This document shows positions 24,461-39,529 of a stretch of DNA of 64,000 nt, in pieces. The DNA is from Chrysomallon squamiferum (Eukaryota > Animalia > Mollusca). Below the pieces are notes generated by a model, which was not told the DNA's origin, searched no databases, and saw only the letters and a list, made by a program, of their open reading frames with translations. A program made the position numbers and the translations under genes. Where the stretch lies: the NCBI GenBank assembly GCA_012295275.1, contig CM022672.1:22010001-22074000 (forward strand), read 5' to 3'. How positions within the stretch are numbered: position 1 is the first letter of the stretch; each line of letters begins with the position of its first letter.

Positions 24461-26779
24461 GTATATATTTGTTGTATCAGTCTAGATAGTCAGATAAATA
24501 GCTATATTCCAGTGATTACATATAATATTATTTCCATAAAAATCAACTGTCATTCTTCAAGTAAAACACATATTTTAATAATAGAACCATACAACATACT
24601 CACACACACACACACATACACACAAACAACATATAGTGATTATATGATGTACTGTTACAATATAATATTACATATAATTATTTTTTGTTATGAAAAGATT
24701 TCTAAGTGACAGCATGCCAAATATAGTTAATATAAAAACAGAAAAATAAAGAAACATTGATATTCTAGATCTCTCTGTTAAACATTAAACTTTTTAAAAA
24801 AAAAAAAAAAAAAAGAAAAGAAAAGGAACCTAAAAATAAAATTCCACTGAAATAACAGATGTACTTTATAAACAGTTATATTTATATATATATATATATA
24901 TAATTTTTTTGAAAAAAACAAATTCATATTGAACTGCTACTAAAATAACACAGATCTACATAATATATATTTTTTTAAATATTTTTTTTTTAATCCTTGA
25001 AACCTGAGCTATGCTTTTGTTCCTAGTGTCAGATTTCTAAACGAGTTCCAAATGCAAACGCAGAATTAAAATATATCAAACACTTATCACACAGTTGCCA
25101 TTAAGGCTGACATAATTGCTTGCACTTAAATGATTACAAATTGCAGTAACTCAGTGACAGACTCTGGAACGGAGAACAAAAGGTGATAATAACAAATATG
25201 CATGGCTGCCAGTCACCTGTTACAGAGACAGATCAATACCACATCTCTGTTCCTTGCATTCATCTGATTCCTGACAATGAAACTTAATTGTGTGTTGGTC
25301 AGCCTCAAACTGCTTATGTCACTCTTAGTAGTGGGCATGGGAGCTGTCATTGTCAAAGGTTGCTTCCCATAAAATATTTGCTTGAACCATATATTTGTTT
25401 ACAGGCATTATTATCATTTTTAGAAAAAGATTTCTTACAGTTTTATTTAACTGTGTATGTTAATATGTAATCGCAGAAATGTTCAGCTGCCTGTTATAAT
25501 ATTTAAGTGGTGCTAGAAATTATTAAAGTTGAATTAAGCAATATGTTAGTATTTTCAGCTATCTACTATTATTCTACAATCTTCTAGTTGAATTATGTAA
25601 TACATACATACACATAAAAAAATTAAATTATATATATATATGAAATTTTTACATTTCTTTACAGTAACTATTTTTAATCAATATTCTAGCTTATTAAAGC
25701 ATTCATGTTAATTAATAATCAGAAATAGTTTCAGTTATCTCATTTGTATGTATACAGACAGCCTCATGAATATAAAACAGTGGCTGATATATTTAAATCC
25801 ATGTTTACTACAATCTGTACATAAATCAAATCAACTGAACTAAATATCTATAAAAATAAATGAGAAAAAAAAACTTTTAACACAAATTATGTGAAAAACT
25901 AATGACTGTTATGACCTTTACATCATTTTTCAATTTACTTGAAAACCAGTTGATTTAAATTTAGTTGTTAGTCATTTATAGGTTTGTGCAGCCATAAAAT
26001 CAATATCATTTTATTTTTTATTTTTTATTTTATTTTTGAAATAAAATTAAGAAAAGGATGTAAAATTATAAAAATTAAAATAAACCCTTGAAGCCATACA
26101 CTAATATAGCTATGAAAGTAAGAAAATAATGTAATTTTCTAGCCAAATAATGTACCAAAACAAAAAAAGGGTATGATAATTCAGCATAGGGTAATCAAAC
26201 TGCATTGCATGCATGGTTTGGAAAATGTATTATATGTATTAAATTTATGTATCAGTTTAACACTTCAAATATTCATATATTTTCTTTTGTGTATTTAGTA
26301 ATTTGGATTTTTATATATAATTATTATTATAATTTTTTAAATTTTTTTTTAATTTTTTTTTAGACTTCGTTTTGTTTGAATTATTGGTTTTGTGTATTTA
26401 GTAATGGTGTTTTCTTGTGTGTGTGGGTTTTTTTTTAGTCAAATGGGATTTATTTCTTTATTTTGTTTGAATTATTGGTTTTGTGTTTTCATTAATTTAA
26501 AGCTTTGGGGAGGTGGTTTTCTTTCCTTTTCTTTGAATTAGTGGGTTGTTGCTTTTTTTAGAGATTTCTTTTCATTATTGATTCTCTTTTATTCTTTTTT
26601 TATTAAATGAAGTTCATTTAGAACAGGAAAGAGGGATCTCAATGAATCCACAAACCAAAGGCTACTCTATCAATTAGCAGCAAAATATTTTTGATATACA
26701 CCTTCCCTATGACATGAGAGTAAAACAGCCTTTAATAAACAAATCATGAACACAAGAATAACCAACACACTGCACTGTG

Positions 26780-26836
26780 AAGTATTGAACCTGTGACCTG
26801 CCATACATCAGGACAGTCTAACCACTGAACCTCAGT
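26780..26836 (-). mobile_element. tRNA-like SINE head remnant
   Basis: Minus strand ggttcagtggttagac (A box) ... caggttcaatac (B box) with tRNA-like spacing; no intact cloverleaf. Confidence 0.45.
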
Positions 26837-27169
26837 GTAGATGTGTAGATTCACATAATACAGACAAAAATAAAGCCATTTAGTTATTGTATTTTATATA
26901 GATATTATTCTGGTATTTTCTGTGCTGAATGTAGATAAATATATATTTTATGTCAAAATATATTTTATTTTTTGTTGTTGTTGTTGTTGTTGTTGTTTAA
27001 TTCAATAACATTTATTTGTTGTCAGGCTTATAAGCAGGAAACTGCATTCCAGTTGTTTTATGAATTACAAATGTGTATAAGAATCTAGATCTTGACATCC
27101 CAGTTACCTGCAAGATCAGGTATCTAACTTTAAAAAAAAAAATAAAAAAAAAAAAAAAAAAAAAAAAAA

Positions 27170-27222
<53 letters not shown>

Positions 27223-27689
27223 CAACAAAATAAATAAATAAATAAATCACTGCAACCAGGATAGGACCCAAATGGAACAAAGGTTTCGTTATTTTTCCAA
27301 CAAGCAAGGTCGAAAATAAAAATAAAAAAATAAAGCAAAAATGTCTGTAATTTTAAACTGTATTTGGATTCTCAGACCTAATGTTGTTGAACCATATAAA
27401 TTTGGGTCTTCGGGTGAAGGTGGGCATTCATCCAATGCTTCCACGCCATAATCTTCAAGAACTCGAACAGGAATGCCATAAGCCTTTGTGGAATTGTTAT
27501 TAATGGGCTCTCTTGGTAGCTGACCTGTGTTCAGTTTTCTTTGATGAAGCTTATTGTTACAAGCATCAACAGAATCTGTTTTATAGAGCAAAACAACTTA
27601 ACAATAGGTCTCTCTCTTATTATTATTATTTTTTTTTTCCCAGAAAAATATAGTATTCAAATTGTTATATCTATATTGTCAGTAGAGAA

Positions 27690-28570
27690 AAATTGTTTAT
27701 TTGAAATAATCATTTTTATAGTAAATTTTGTAATAATGTATAATAAATTAGTGTTTGCAACAGTTCTCATCTTCGTAATAGGTTTTACAAATAATTATAG
27801 TAAATTATTTTTACACACTACTGACAAATTTTGTCTACAGTAATCTCCATCTTAAAGAATAAGTTTTAAAAATGATTATAATAAAAAGTCTAAAATTGAA
27901 TATTTTCTATATAGGAAATATTTGAAATGAATATAATTTTCTGTACAGTATATTTCATAAATGATTTTTTTAGTTTTTTTTTGTATTTTTAATAAGCTGC
28001 TCTCAATAGAATTCTTATTTACAGTAATCTCCACTTTAAATGTTAAGTTACAGAAATAACTAATAAAAAATGTAAATTGAATATTTTGTTTACAGTTAAT
28101 TTCAGATATAATTATAACAAAAACAATCTAAAATTCAATATTTTCACTACAGTAAATTTTACAAATAATTATAATTAAAAAAAAAATTTAAATTGAATAT
28201 TTTCTATACAGTAAATTTTATGAATGATTTTTTTACAAACTACTGTCAGTACAGTTTTTGTCTGTAGCAACCTCCATCTTAAATAGTAACTTTTAGAAAT
28301 AATTAAAATGAAAAGTCTAAAAGTGAATATCTTCTAAATAATAAATTTTAGAAATGATATTTTATAAACTAATGTCAGTACAATTTACATTTACAGTAAT
28401 CTCCATCTTAAAAAGTTAATTTTAGAACTAATTATAATAAAGTCTAAAACTAAGTGTTTCTAAGTGTAAATTTTAAAAATAGTTTGTAAAACATTACAAT
28501 CAGTACATATTTTTGTTTGTTATAATCCCTAGATCATATAGTATTTTTTTTTTTGCAATTCCATCTTTGA
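27690..28570. repeat. Degenerate AT-rich tandem repeat (TACAGTAATCTCCATCTTAAA...AATTGAATATTTTC...ACAGTAAATTTT)
   Basis: Motif cagtaatctcca recurs near 27838, 28022 and 28394, with variants near 28264 and 28520. Confidence 0.7.
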
Positions 28571-28750
28571 TAGTAAGTTTTTAAAAATAATCATGATATA
28601 CAAAAATTTGAAGCTGATTTATTGCCAGACAAAGTAATGAAATTATTTAGAGACTAGAACAATGAATATTTTCATTAAACTGATTTCATTAATAGTTCAA
28701 AATAATTTTGACTTTTTGCACATCAGAGGTGACTTTAATAACAACAATAA

Positions 28751-28781
<31 letters not shown>

Positions 28782-30290
28782 TAAACCAAAGCTAAGTCTG
28801 GATGGATTCCAGAAATTTCCATATTTTTAACAGAGTTACTAAAACAGAGTTACTAAAGAGTTACTAGATTCATCTAGAAAAGAATATGGGCATCAGTTGT
28901 TTCAGCAGTGTAAACTAATCTTAATAAAGTATTTTAAAAATTCAGTATTATGCACACTTTACACTGATGTAAATCATAAATAAAGACATCACAGTTAATA
29001 GATTATATTATTTCAGATGTTAAGTGTAAGGAAATCTCTTATGTTTGAAAATCACTATTAAAATAATTCTACTAAAACAAGTAAATAACTAAAAATAAAT
29101 CTAAATTTGGATTTTTAATTCTGAATTGTACAAAAATACTGAAAATAATTAAATTATAGCTTAAAAAAAAACAGTTCAGAAAAAAAAAAAAGGTTCTTGG
29201 AGAATGAAAACCTTTGAAACTGACTATATGAAATTCTGTAATTATTTTCTGTCAGCCACATCTGTTTAATCAAGTAGCTTAGGTTTTTAAATTCATTCTA
29301 GTTCATACAGAAGGATATTCATTTTTGGGTTAAGAAAATATAACATTGTCTTTTTTTTTTACTAAAACTGATTCTAGAAAGACCAAAATATCCAAGACAG
29401 GTTAACTTTCTTTCAGTGTAAACTGATAGAAAACAGTTATCAGCTACTTATTGACTGAAAAACAACATTTACTATCAGTGATTTCAATATATGCCAATAT
29501 TCTGCAAAGCAAGTGCCAAATGCATGGTAATTCTGGTTTCTGTTATTGACATTTTCTTTTCCTTTCCGTGCTAAAAAATGGTAAAGACACAATTTATAAT
29601 CAGAAAAACCCCACACAAAAACCCCCAAAAAGTCAAGAAATGTTGCAAACAATTCCAGCCATTACATACAATGAAGACATCTCAAAGTAAAAACCGCGTG
29701 TATCATTATCCTCAAGTTTTTGTATGAAATAAGCAGTCTTAGACTCACAAATGCATCATCTCTGATTAACTCTTTAAAACAAATGTTTTTTTTTTCTTTC
29801 TTTCTTTTAAATAAATAAGTCTGGTTGGTATTTAGGAATGTTGCATTCCAATAAATGAAGAAACATTCTGTCCAAAATGGAGGAGAACTTGCTTGAAGGA
29901 TTACGCCACCATTCTGAACTCTTTTTTATTTTATTTTCATTATTATTATATTTTTTATTTTTTTTTAAACATTTTTGTGTTTGATACTGGTACCATCTGT
30001 CCTGCCTCTAGACTTGCTAACTAAATGTAATCTTGAACATCAAATCATGGATTAAATTGCATTTTTGCGAGTATCGAGTTATGTAAATATTCCTATTCCT
30101 TGAGGCATAACCTTTATTTTGATGCAGTTCCCATGGTGTGATAGATATGCCTAGCTGAATTTGAGTAATGACAGAAAATTGTAAGCAAATAAGGCTAATA
30201 ATCTGGGGTTCAGAGACGTTCTTCAGAAGTATATTTAGCTAAATAAATTCCATATTTGTTTGTTTTATTTCTTTATTATTATTATTTTTA

Positions 30291-30322
<32 letters not shown>

Positions 30323-31145
30323 TTCTTTTTTTAAAGGTTTGTTAGAAAAGGTATCTATTCATCTTTTCTATCATTTTCAGTATTATGGTTGGGTAATTTT
30401 AGTGAAATACATCTGTTAATTGTTTGTTTAAGCTCTGATTTTAGGACTGTAAACATGTGAAGCTTTCAGTGGTGTAAACAAAGACCCACAAAAAATTCAA
30501 AAAGTTAAAAAGCATATAAATATTGAATAAATAGAGAATCAAAATTTATTTTATTTGTTTGTTAACCAATTTAATTTATTTCATTTCTAAAACATTAGAA
30601 GCAAACGGTCAAACTGTACAGAGAATTTGTAATGGATGTGCAAAAAGTCAAAATGAAAAAAAAAAAAAAGGAAATAATTTTAGAGAAATTTGTTAAATCA
30701 GGCTTTTTTTCCAACAGACTAAATATAAATAGTTAAACAAACATGATGATGAAGATTTTGTTTAAAGTGACACAGACAACAAAAAATAAAATAACAAATA
30801 ATAATAACAAAATAAATTACTATACACCATCAAACATTGCATTTCTTTTTTATTATCTTTTTATTTATATTTTTATTTAAATTATTATTATTATCATCAT
30901 CATCATCATCATTATTATTAATTTTCTTTTGACATTTTTCACAGAAGAATTTTTAACAACTTTGATTTTAAAAACCTTTACTAAATACTGTCTTAAGAAA
31001 AAAATAATGTAGTCAAATAAATCTGATTATACAAAGTAATAAATTATAAGGTAAGCATTTGTTACATTCAGAACATAAAGAAAAAGGTAAAGAAAATGAG
31101 AAAAAGACAGAAGGAAGAAAGAAAAAAGATTTAATAACAACTTAC

Positions 31146-31205
31146 CTTCAATAATTTTTATTTTTTCTTCATCGGTTGTTTTGTCCTCTGCCAAAATGAC
31201 TTCTT
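31146..31205 (-). CDS. Cav2: Cav2 exon, I-II linker (EEVILAEDKTTDEEKIKIIE), 60 nt
   Basis: ttctag acceptor, GTAAGT donor, phase 1 to 1; EEVILAE follows the AID in Cav2. Confidence 0.93.
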
Positions 31206-31485
31206 CTAGAACAAACCGAAAATTATCTAAGTTGGGGCCAGAATAAACGTACAGCAAAACACAGCTTAACAGTAAATATACAACATTATGACAGTCTGTG
31301 AAATGAAATCATTAGAAATTATGTGCATCTGCATGTGTGTTTGTGTGTTGTTATGTTTTTGTTTTTTCTTTTCTATTGTATTATTTATATCAGTTTTTAT
31401 AAATTATGTAGTGTGCTGTTACAGTGAACTTATTAGAGTAAATGAGGAGAAACAAAAAGATTAAGAGAAAGAAATTAACACAATG

Positions 31486-31547
<62 letters not shown>

Positions 31548-31678
31548 AACAGTTTCTGTAATATATACATTTAAGGAAAAAAAAAAGGAATCCGATAGAG
31601 ATAAATATATAACTATTTTCTACTTTATTCTAAGACTAACAGACAGTGGTATGGTTATGCTATAGGAGATGATCATAC

Positions 31679-31794
31679 CAGCTTTGCATATCCACTCCAG
31701 ATATCCATTGAGTTCTCTCTCTATTTGCTGCTGTCTTCTCAGCTTGAAGAAAGCTCTGCGGTTTTCAACTCTTTCTCTTTCCTTGGCAAATTCT
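31679..31794 (-). CDS. Cav2: Cav2 exon, I-II linker AID ([38 protein letters not shown]), 116 nt
   Basis: ttctcag acceptor, GTATGA donor, phase 2 to 1; AID with QXXER motif. Confidence 0.96.
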
Positions 31795-34772
31795 CTGAGA
31801 AAAACAAATAGTTTAGAGAAAATTTATTTCAACAGTAATAAAGCATTTTAAAGTATTTCAAGTTCTCTTTAACAGCTAATCTGTGTAATTATTACCAGTT
31901 TTGTGCATTAAATTCAGTTTCCAGATAAGTGAAAATTATCTTAGAAGTTGGGAATAAAAAACATAAGAATAAAAAATGATTGACAAAATATCTGTAAAGT
32001 CCTGGTTGAAATGGAGATACATTATTTTAATCCATTTTTCTTGTTTTCATATTTTTGTTATCACTAAATTGTGTTGTAAAAGAGAATTTAGTTTCTCCTA
32101 ACATAACAACTGCAAAATTAAAAGAAAAACACACACATTACACACATTTTGAGACTAAAAGTCAGACAAAAAACACTAACAACAACACCACCAAAACAAT
32201 AACAACAAAAAAATCCCTATACATTTTGTCTGAATGCTAAAAAAAATAATGCTTTTTGCTTGTGTTTTTAAGCAAAACACACATTAAAACAAGAATAAGT
32301 TTAATGAAACTGACTGTGGCACAAAAACAAAAAATCACTGATACTGTAATTTTGTTTCTATTAAAATAATTTCAAACGATCAAGTTAATACACTTTTTAC
32401 AGCAATGTCAGTATATCTTTTAACATAGGGATTTGCCTTTGATGATAAAAACTGAAATGTAGATATATATCACCCATTTCATGACAATTACAAAGAAACA
32501 GAATATTTAAGATATATATAGTAATAATAATAAGAAGAACAAGAAGAAGAAGAAAAAAGAATATATTATCAACCTGTACTCCATAGTTATTGTTCTATAT
32601 GACATACCATATATACTTGTGTGTGAGTGTGTGTTGTGTTTATCGATCTTATTTTCTTTTACACACATACACACACACACACACATATATATATATGTGC
32701 ACATATATTCACACATATACACACACACACACATATATATATGCATTATTATGTTTCATCTAAGAGTAATTTGCCAAGGTCAGGTGAACTCTATGCAGTC
32801 TGACCACTATCGATTTCTCTTGCAAGTGTAACACAGTTCATTAAACCCTAACTCCACAGCAAACACTGCAATGTTACTTAATTTCATCTAGCTCTTCTGT
32901 CAAACAAGTTACTTCATTCCTTTGTTTTCATTTATCAAGTGATGTTCAAGCTCGATGGATGAACACACATTTTAACCTCTGGATTGCTTAGCTGATGGTA
33001 ATCTTGTTTCCAGTATAAACAAAACAAGTAAATTTTTTTTTTTTTTTTTTTTTTTTCCCATGCACTCATTGATGGTCTCTTTTCGCAATCTTTCTCCATC
33101 TATTGATCAGTTTCAACAAAAATGCGGAGAATCAATTGACTTGTGTAATAAAACTACAAGAATTAGTATCTGAGCATGAATGGATTACTACAGATTTCTA
33201 TTAGATTTCAGTCCTCAGTGCTCTCGTGATGTCGAGAAAGTGACCCACAACATGCTTGCTTGAATAATTTTCTGATGGAAGTATGGTTAAAATCAATTCA
33301 ATTCACTCCCTCAGATTTTAGAATATAATTTTTTTTTTAATCTTTGAACAGAAAGACATTTATGTATGTTTGATGTGGATATTCCAATAAACTTTTCAAA
33401 ATAATTCTCCCTTTATAATAATTTAAAGATGTGTGTGTGTGTGTGTGTGTGTGCGCTGTTGTATTTATTCTTATTTCCTATTAATATTATTATTATTATT
33501 ATAAATAAAGTAATATTTTGGAGGGGTTGCAATTAGATGCGTAATTATATGTACAGTCAAGTTTTAGTTTTATTATTTATTTTTTATTTTTAATATTGTA
33601 TATTTTTTTGCTTATTATTGTTCTCTGGTTTTTGGTTTTTTTTGCGATTTTTTTTTTTTTTTTTTTTTTTTTAAATAAATGTATCTACACAAAAATTAAG
33701 TAGCAAAAATCTAAGAAATTCTATAGCTAATACAGATAAAAAAAAAAGTAAAAAATATTAAAAAAAAAAAATACAAAAAAAAAAAAAAAAATTAATATAA
33801 AAAATTACAAAATAATTTTATAATTAATATTGACATATATAAATATTTGTAAAACCAGGTGACATTTAAATTATCTGGTCATAAATAAAATAATAAAAAG
33901 TATAAAATCAGTGGTTTAAACAACATCTTAAAGAATATCAAATTGCATCTCTGAAGGATATGTTTTTCTTTCGTATTTTATCATTTGCACAGTACTTTAT
34001 ATGCCCATTTTAGACAGGTGCATTTGTACATAGGTAAAACATAATCAAAAGTGTTAATGAAGGAAATTCTGGACAGCAGTATAAAAATGGTTGCTACAGA
34101 TAGGTGGTTTTTGTAATGAAATGTAATGATGGAGTCACCTCAAGGTAGCAATATAAAAGTATTGGTTATAGATAAGTGGTTGTTTTAAAGAAGTATAAAA
34201 TGTAAAATAAAATGTGTAGTAGAATTTCAGGATAGCAATGTAAAAATTATTGTTTATAGATACAGCAGTAGCAAATTAGAGTGTATTTAATTAATGTAAT
34301 GTGTTTATTGTTATGTAATTGTTTTTGTCATAAACATTATCATTATCATTATTATTGACATTATCATCATAATCATTATCATTATTATTACTGTTATTAT
34401 TATTATTATTATGTGAATACCCTTCCAATGCATTTTGTTTTCTTCTTTAAAAAAGAAAAAAATACAAACAAATATCAGCTGAGTTAGTGAGTTTAAAAAG
34501 CAGTAAAAGATCTGTTGTAACACTCTTTTGAATCCTCTTTGATAGCTTTAAGTTTTTGTTATCTCCCAAGTAAAACAAATTTGATATAATGTTTACATTT
34601 ACTTTATTCTAGATTCATCTTGATGTCAGTGTGTCCCAATCGTTCTGCTAGAAAGTCAACTGTTACAGTGCAGTTGGAAAGACAAATATTAATGTGTTCC
34701 ATCTCACACTGGGAGTACTGATATTTGTGTTTCAGTTATTGAATTTTTATAGTTCTTCATTTTTTTTTTTTT

Positions 34773-34824
<52 letters not shown>

Positions 34825-36616
34825 CTGTTGCTGATTTTAGGTTTTCTTTTTTTATTTTTATTTTTATATACATTTATTTATTTATTTATTTATATTATTT
34901 TATTTTATTTTATTATTTATTTTTTTTCATGGATTTTGGGGTACACAGTTATTCTGAAAATAAAGAATTTTTTGCCTGAATTTAATTAGCAAATACATAT
35001 GCTTTGATTCATTAATGGGCTGAACAATTACAGTACAGCAATATATATGAATGAGAAGAAGAAGAAGAAGAAGAAGAAGAAGAAGAAGAAGAAGAAGAAG
35101 ACAGAGAGAGAGTTTGTTCAATTAGTCTTATTTTAATATTTTCTTAAACCTCTAAGCCACATTTCAGTCTTAATATTCACTTCTATGATATTCTAATTAA
35201 AATGTGATATCCAAAATTAAAAGACTTCTTTAGAGTTATCCTCTCTTTCCTGACTTCCAGCCAAAGAAATCTTCTTAAATATAAATATTTCTAAAAGTTC
35301 CATTTAGATCTGAATTTAGAAATGTACACAAACACATCCTACATTTCTGTGTGATAAATTGATGTGTCTGTGTCTGTGTGAGATTGCAGATCAAAAATAT
35401 CACCACACTGGTGTGCGGGCAGCTACATCAATCTATGAAGATCTAATATTTGTAATTACTTAGACCAGCCACATCTATTTTTACAGGGATTTCATCAATC
35501 AATAATGAGAAAGAGCCACTGAATGAGTTAGACTAAGATATATGAAGAATCCAAATACAGAAAGTTTAAAATAATCTATAGTTACAAACGTAGTTCACAG
35601 TTGTCTCTAAGTAAACAATGACTTATATCAGTAGGTAGTACTTTAAGATAGAGGCATTGGTAGACAGAGTGAGTTTTTTTAATGTTTATTTGTTTCGATA
35701 TTTAGTTTCATTAATTTATTTATTTACGTAAATTTATATTTTTTGTTTCTTTGTTTATTTGTTTCTTTGTTTCTTTATTTTCTTTATTTCCTTATTTCTT
35801 TTCTGTGTTTGTTTCCTAATTTCTTTATTTGTTAATTATTTCTAGCTTTTAGAATGCTAACATATTCATTTTCCAACTTCCATAATATGATTTTGTTGTA
35901 ATAAATAAATAAAATCTTCAATATTTGGTAACTATATTATTTATGATACTGAATAATAACAAAATGCAAATGTACACGGAGAAAATCAAAGTATTCTGTT
36001 TCAGTGTTATTTGGAAGAAACATTCTTTATTAATGACAGCAGTAGGTTTTTCTTATTTATGTCAATGTTTTTGTGGATTATATATTGTAATACTGCACTG
36101 AGCCATTATTCTTTAACCTTTTCTTCTGTTTCTGTATTCACAGCATAAGAGAGCGCCACTGAATTTCCTATGAAGAATAATACAGCCATTTTGTTTTATC
36201 TTCTCCTAATCTTCCAAATATAATGTTGAATCATTAGATTTAGAAGTTTAGTGCATTGATTTCTCATGTTTTTTTTTTTTTTGTTGTTGTTGTTGCTGTT
36301 GTTGTTGTTTCTTTATTGTTTGGTATTTTTGCTTTGTTGGGTTTTTTTTTGTCAGTTTATTTAAAAGTTATTTCTAAATAAATATTATTAACAATATATT
36401 CTATCATTTTATTTTATTTTTATTTAATGTATTTTTTTTTATTATTATTATTTTTTTTTTTTTTTTTTTGTTGTTGTTGTTATTGTTGTTTTAACTAACA
36501 GTATTTTGATGTAACACAATACACTACATATCAATAAATACAGTTTTTGCCTTTTGGTGTTGTTTTTTTGTTATTTATTTATTATTATTATTTTTTTTTA
36601 TTATTATTATTATTTA

Positions 36617-36653
<37 letters not shown>

Positions 36654-37142
36654 AGTTAAAAAACCCCAACAACTTAGCTATAAGATTGGAGCAGTGAATT
36701 AATATTTTATAATGGTTTCGATAATGCTGATCTAGATATTAAAATAAATGAAAAGTAAACTTGAGAGGAAACTGATAAAATCTTACCTAAACTTTACTGT
36801 ACTTAATGAATCATGATATTTCTAATAATTTTGAATGATATACTGGTGAATTTTATCTACATTCACTTTATACCTAAATAAATTTTGCAGTTGTTGTCTT
36901 GTTCTTTTTCTTTTTACAGGAATCATGCAATAACGACTAAAGCAATTACTGTTAGCTTAACAACATGACCCACTAAAAATAAAAAAATAAATTACTTATT
37001 CTTATAATATTAATGCACTTGTTTTCTTTTTCAACAAACACTCAGAAACAAGTAGGGAAAAAACAATTAGCATAAGAACGTGGTATTAATAATAAAAAAA
37101 GAACTAATAATTAAAAATTTTATGCTAAAAAGATATACTTAC

Positions 37143-37246
37143 CCACTCAGGACACCAAGAACTAAGTTCAGCATGAAAAACGATCCCAGGATGATAAGAG
37201 GTATAAAATATAAAAAATTGAATTTGCTTCCTACGGCATCATTTGT
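37143..37246 (-). CDS. Cav2: Cav2 exon, IS6 ([35 protein letters not shown]), 104 nt
   Basis: ttttcag acceptor, GTAAGT donor, phase 0 to 2. Confidence 0.95.
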
Positions 37247-37430
37247 CTGAAAAAAAACACAGAGATTATTAACATATTGTACACACACAGAGAGACGGGG
37301 AGATGAATGGTTTAAAAAATGCTTTTACAAATTCCAAAGTTCAAAATAGTAAACAGAAGAATACTAATGTAAAACAACCAATAAATTTCATAATATTTAC
37401 TGTTTGTAGAATTGAAAAGTATGTATTATT

Positions 37431-37467
<37 letters not shown>

Positions 37468-37744
37468 CAGAAATAAATAAATGTAAAATAGCTGGTATGT
37501 ATTTTGATATTGTTTACTGTGGTCTCTAACAATAAAAAAGTTATAAATTCAATGTACATAAGTAATAAACAGAAGTAAATTAATGTAAATTTGCCAGTAC
37601 ATATTATGATACTGTTAACTGAGTACTGTGGTTTTTGACAGATAAATGAGTTATAAATTAAAACAATAAAAATTATAAAAATGACAGAAATAAGAGATAA
37701 AAAATTATCATCTAACATAAAATTCAAATATTAAAGTCATATTA

Positions 37745-37960
37745 AAGAAAAGAAGAAACCTGCTATTGGCAGAATTTGTTACTCTTTTTTGGTCAGCACT
37801 AAACAATCTTTAGAAAGTGCCTTCCCATAAACAGAAAAAATATTTATAAACTATTTGCAGTACAGTGCTAGGATGGGAAACAGCCAGTGGGCAACCTGAG
37901 CAGAATTGATCCTGTAAGCCACTGTACCTCAGCGCTGCACTGTAACCATTTAACTACAGA
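37745..37960 (-). mobile_element. Degenerate tRNA-derived SINE remnant
   Basis: Minus strand begins gtagttaaatggttacagtgc...caggatcaattc (A/B-box-like), followed by a body ending agcaggtttcttc that resembles mollusc core-SINE sequence (from memory). Confidence 0.5.
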
Positions 37961-38817
37961 GAAAATCCTTTTAAAAGTCTTAAAGAAACAATTTAACCAT
38001 TGTTACCATCATGTTGGTATTTCTAATCACTTACATTCATTATTTAAAGTGAACAATCTCAGAGGCCAGAGTGCATTTAGAGATGGATGAAAATCCTGCC
38101 CTTCTGTCTCATATTTTCTATACTTCCTTAGGGAGTATTCACTGTCTAGACAATATTTGCATTTTAAGAAATGTTCCTTTGCCCTCCCTGTTCAGTAATT
38201 CACAAGAGAGATTTAAGGTAGAATTTTTGGCAGAAAAACAAATCGAAGAAAATGCTTTTGGTCCTGGATCTCCCAAGAATTTATTTTATTATTATTTTTT
38301 ATTATTTATTTAATTATTTATTCATTCATTTATTAATTTATTTATTCATTCATTCATCGATCCATTTATTCATTATTTATTTATTTATTTATTTATTATT
38401 TATTTATTTTGTAATACAGCCTAAATACATTTTGATTATATCTAATATTTTATTTCTACAATTAATATATTAATAGCAAAAAACTGATTCTGAGAAGAAA
38501 AAAAATAACAATATTAAAAAAAAAACTTAATTGGAAATAATTGTTGCAAAAATATTTAAGCCATTTATATATATTATCACTATCTTAAATTGTCATGTTT
38601 ACAGATATTTCATTTAAAAAAAGTCAGTTTGTTAGTGTGAATCAAGTAGTAAAACATAAAAATACTTTCAAACTGATCAGTAATTATGTGTCATACGTCA
38701 TGGTAACAGTTTACTAAAATAGTAACTGGAATGATAAATTTGAAACATACCTTTGTAATATTTACCTACCTTAATGTCTTTTTCACTAGGCCTATACATT
38801 TTCTTTTCTCTCAAACA

Positions 38818-38852
<35 letters not shown>

Positions 38853-38888
38853 AAAACAAGTAAATAAATAAAAATGATAAATAAATAA

Positions 38889-38919
<31 letters not shown>

Positions 38920-39047
38920 AACTAAAAAAAAAAATTATAATAAAAAACAGCCAAACCATGACTTAAACTTTGCAGAAGGCAGCTTCACAACACATCAAGG
39001 ACACGGAATTAATACTCCAAAAACGAATGTCGAATGAGAACACTCAC

Positions 39048-39262
39048 ATAATACAATACTGTAGTCCATCCCTCCATAGTAATGCACTGAAACACAGTTA
39101 ACATAGCATATCCTATATTGTCAAAACTGGTAATTCCTTCATTTGGTCCCCTCCAACCTTTTCTGCACTGTGATATGTTTGCTTGGCATTGAAAACCCAC
39201 AACCATATTTGGGTTTATTGAACAAGGTCTTATAGTCTCTTCATCTCCGAGATCAATGTCGT
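39048..39262 (-). CDS. Cav2: Cav2 exon, domain I turret and pore loop (...[30 protein letters not shown]), 215 nt
   Basis: ttccag acceptor, GTGAGT donor, phase 1 to 0; selectivity filter TMEGW. Confidence 0.95.
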
Positions 39263-39529
39263 CTGGAAACATAAAGGAAATTAAAGAATAGTTATTAAAA
39301 ACGAAAGATAAATTGTAAAATAGTTTAGAAATCTAATGAGATGAATTTTATATTTTTTATTTGTGTACAATTAATTATCATATGAGGAATAATGGAATTT
39401 TCTGCATTTTTGAAGGATTAAGAAAGATGTGTATTAATTTTTTAATTAAATTTATAAAATGTAAAGTTTCAGTTAATTTACTTTAGATGTAATGGAGCTG
39501 ACATACTAACTTGGTAATCATTGAAATCA

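Noticed and set aside
31795-37142. Searched for a second, mutually exclusive AID exon like Drosophila cac I-IIA/B
   Set aside because: No second EFAKE/QQxE-like open frame with splice sites was found by eye; unique-looking blocks at 32760-33300 hit stops in the required phase.
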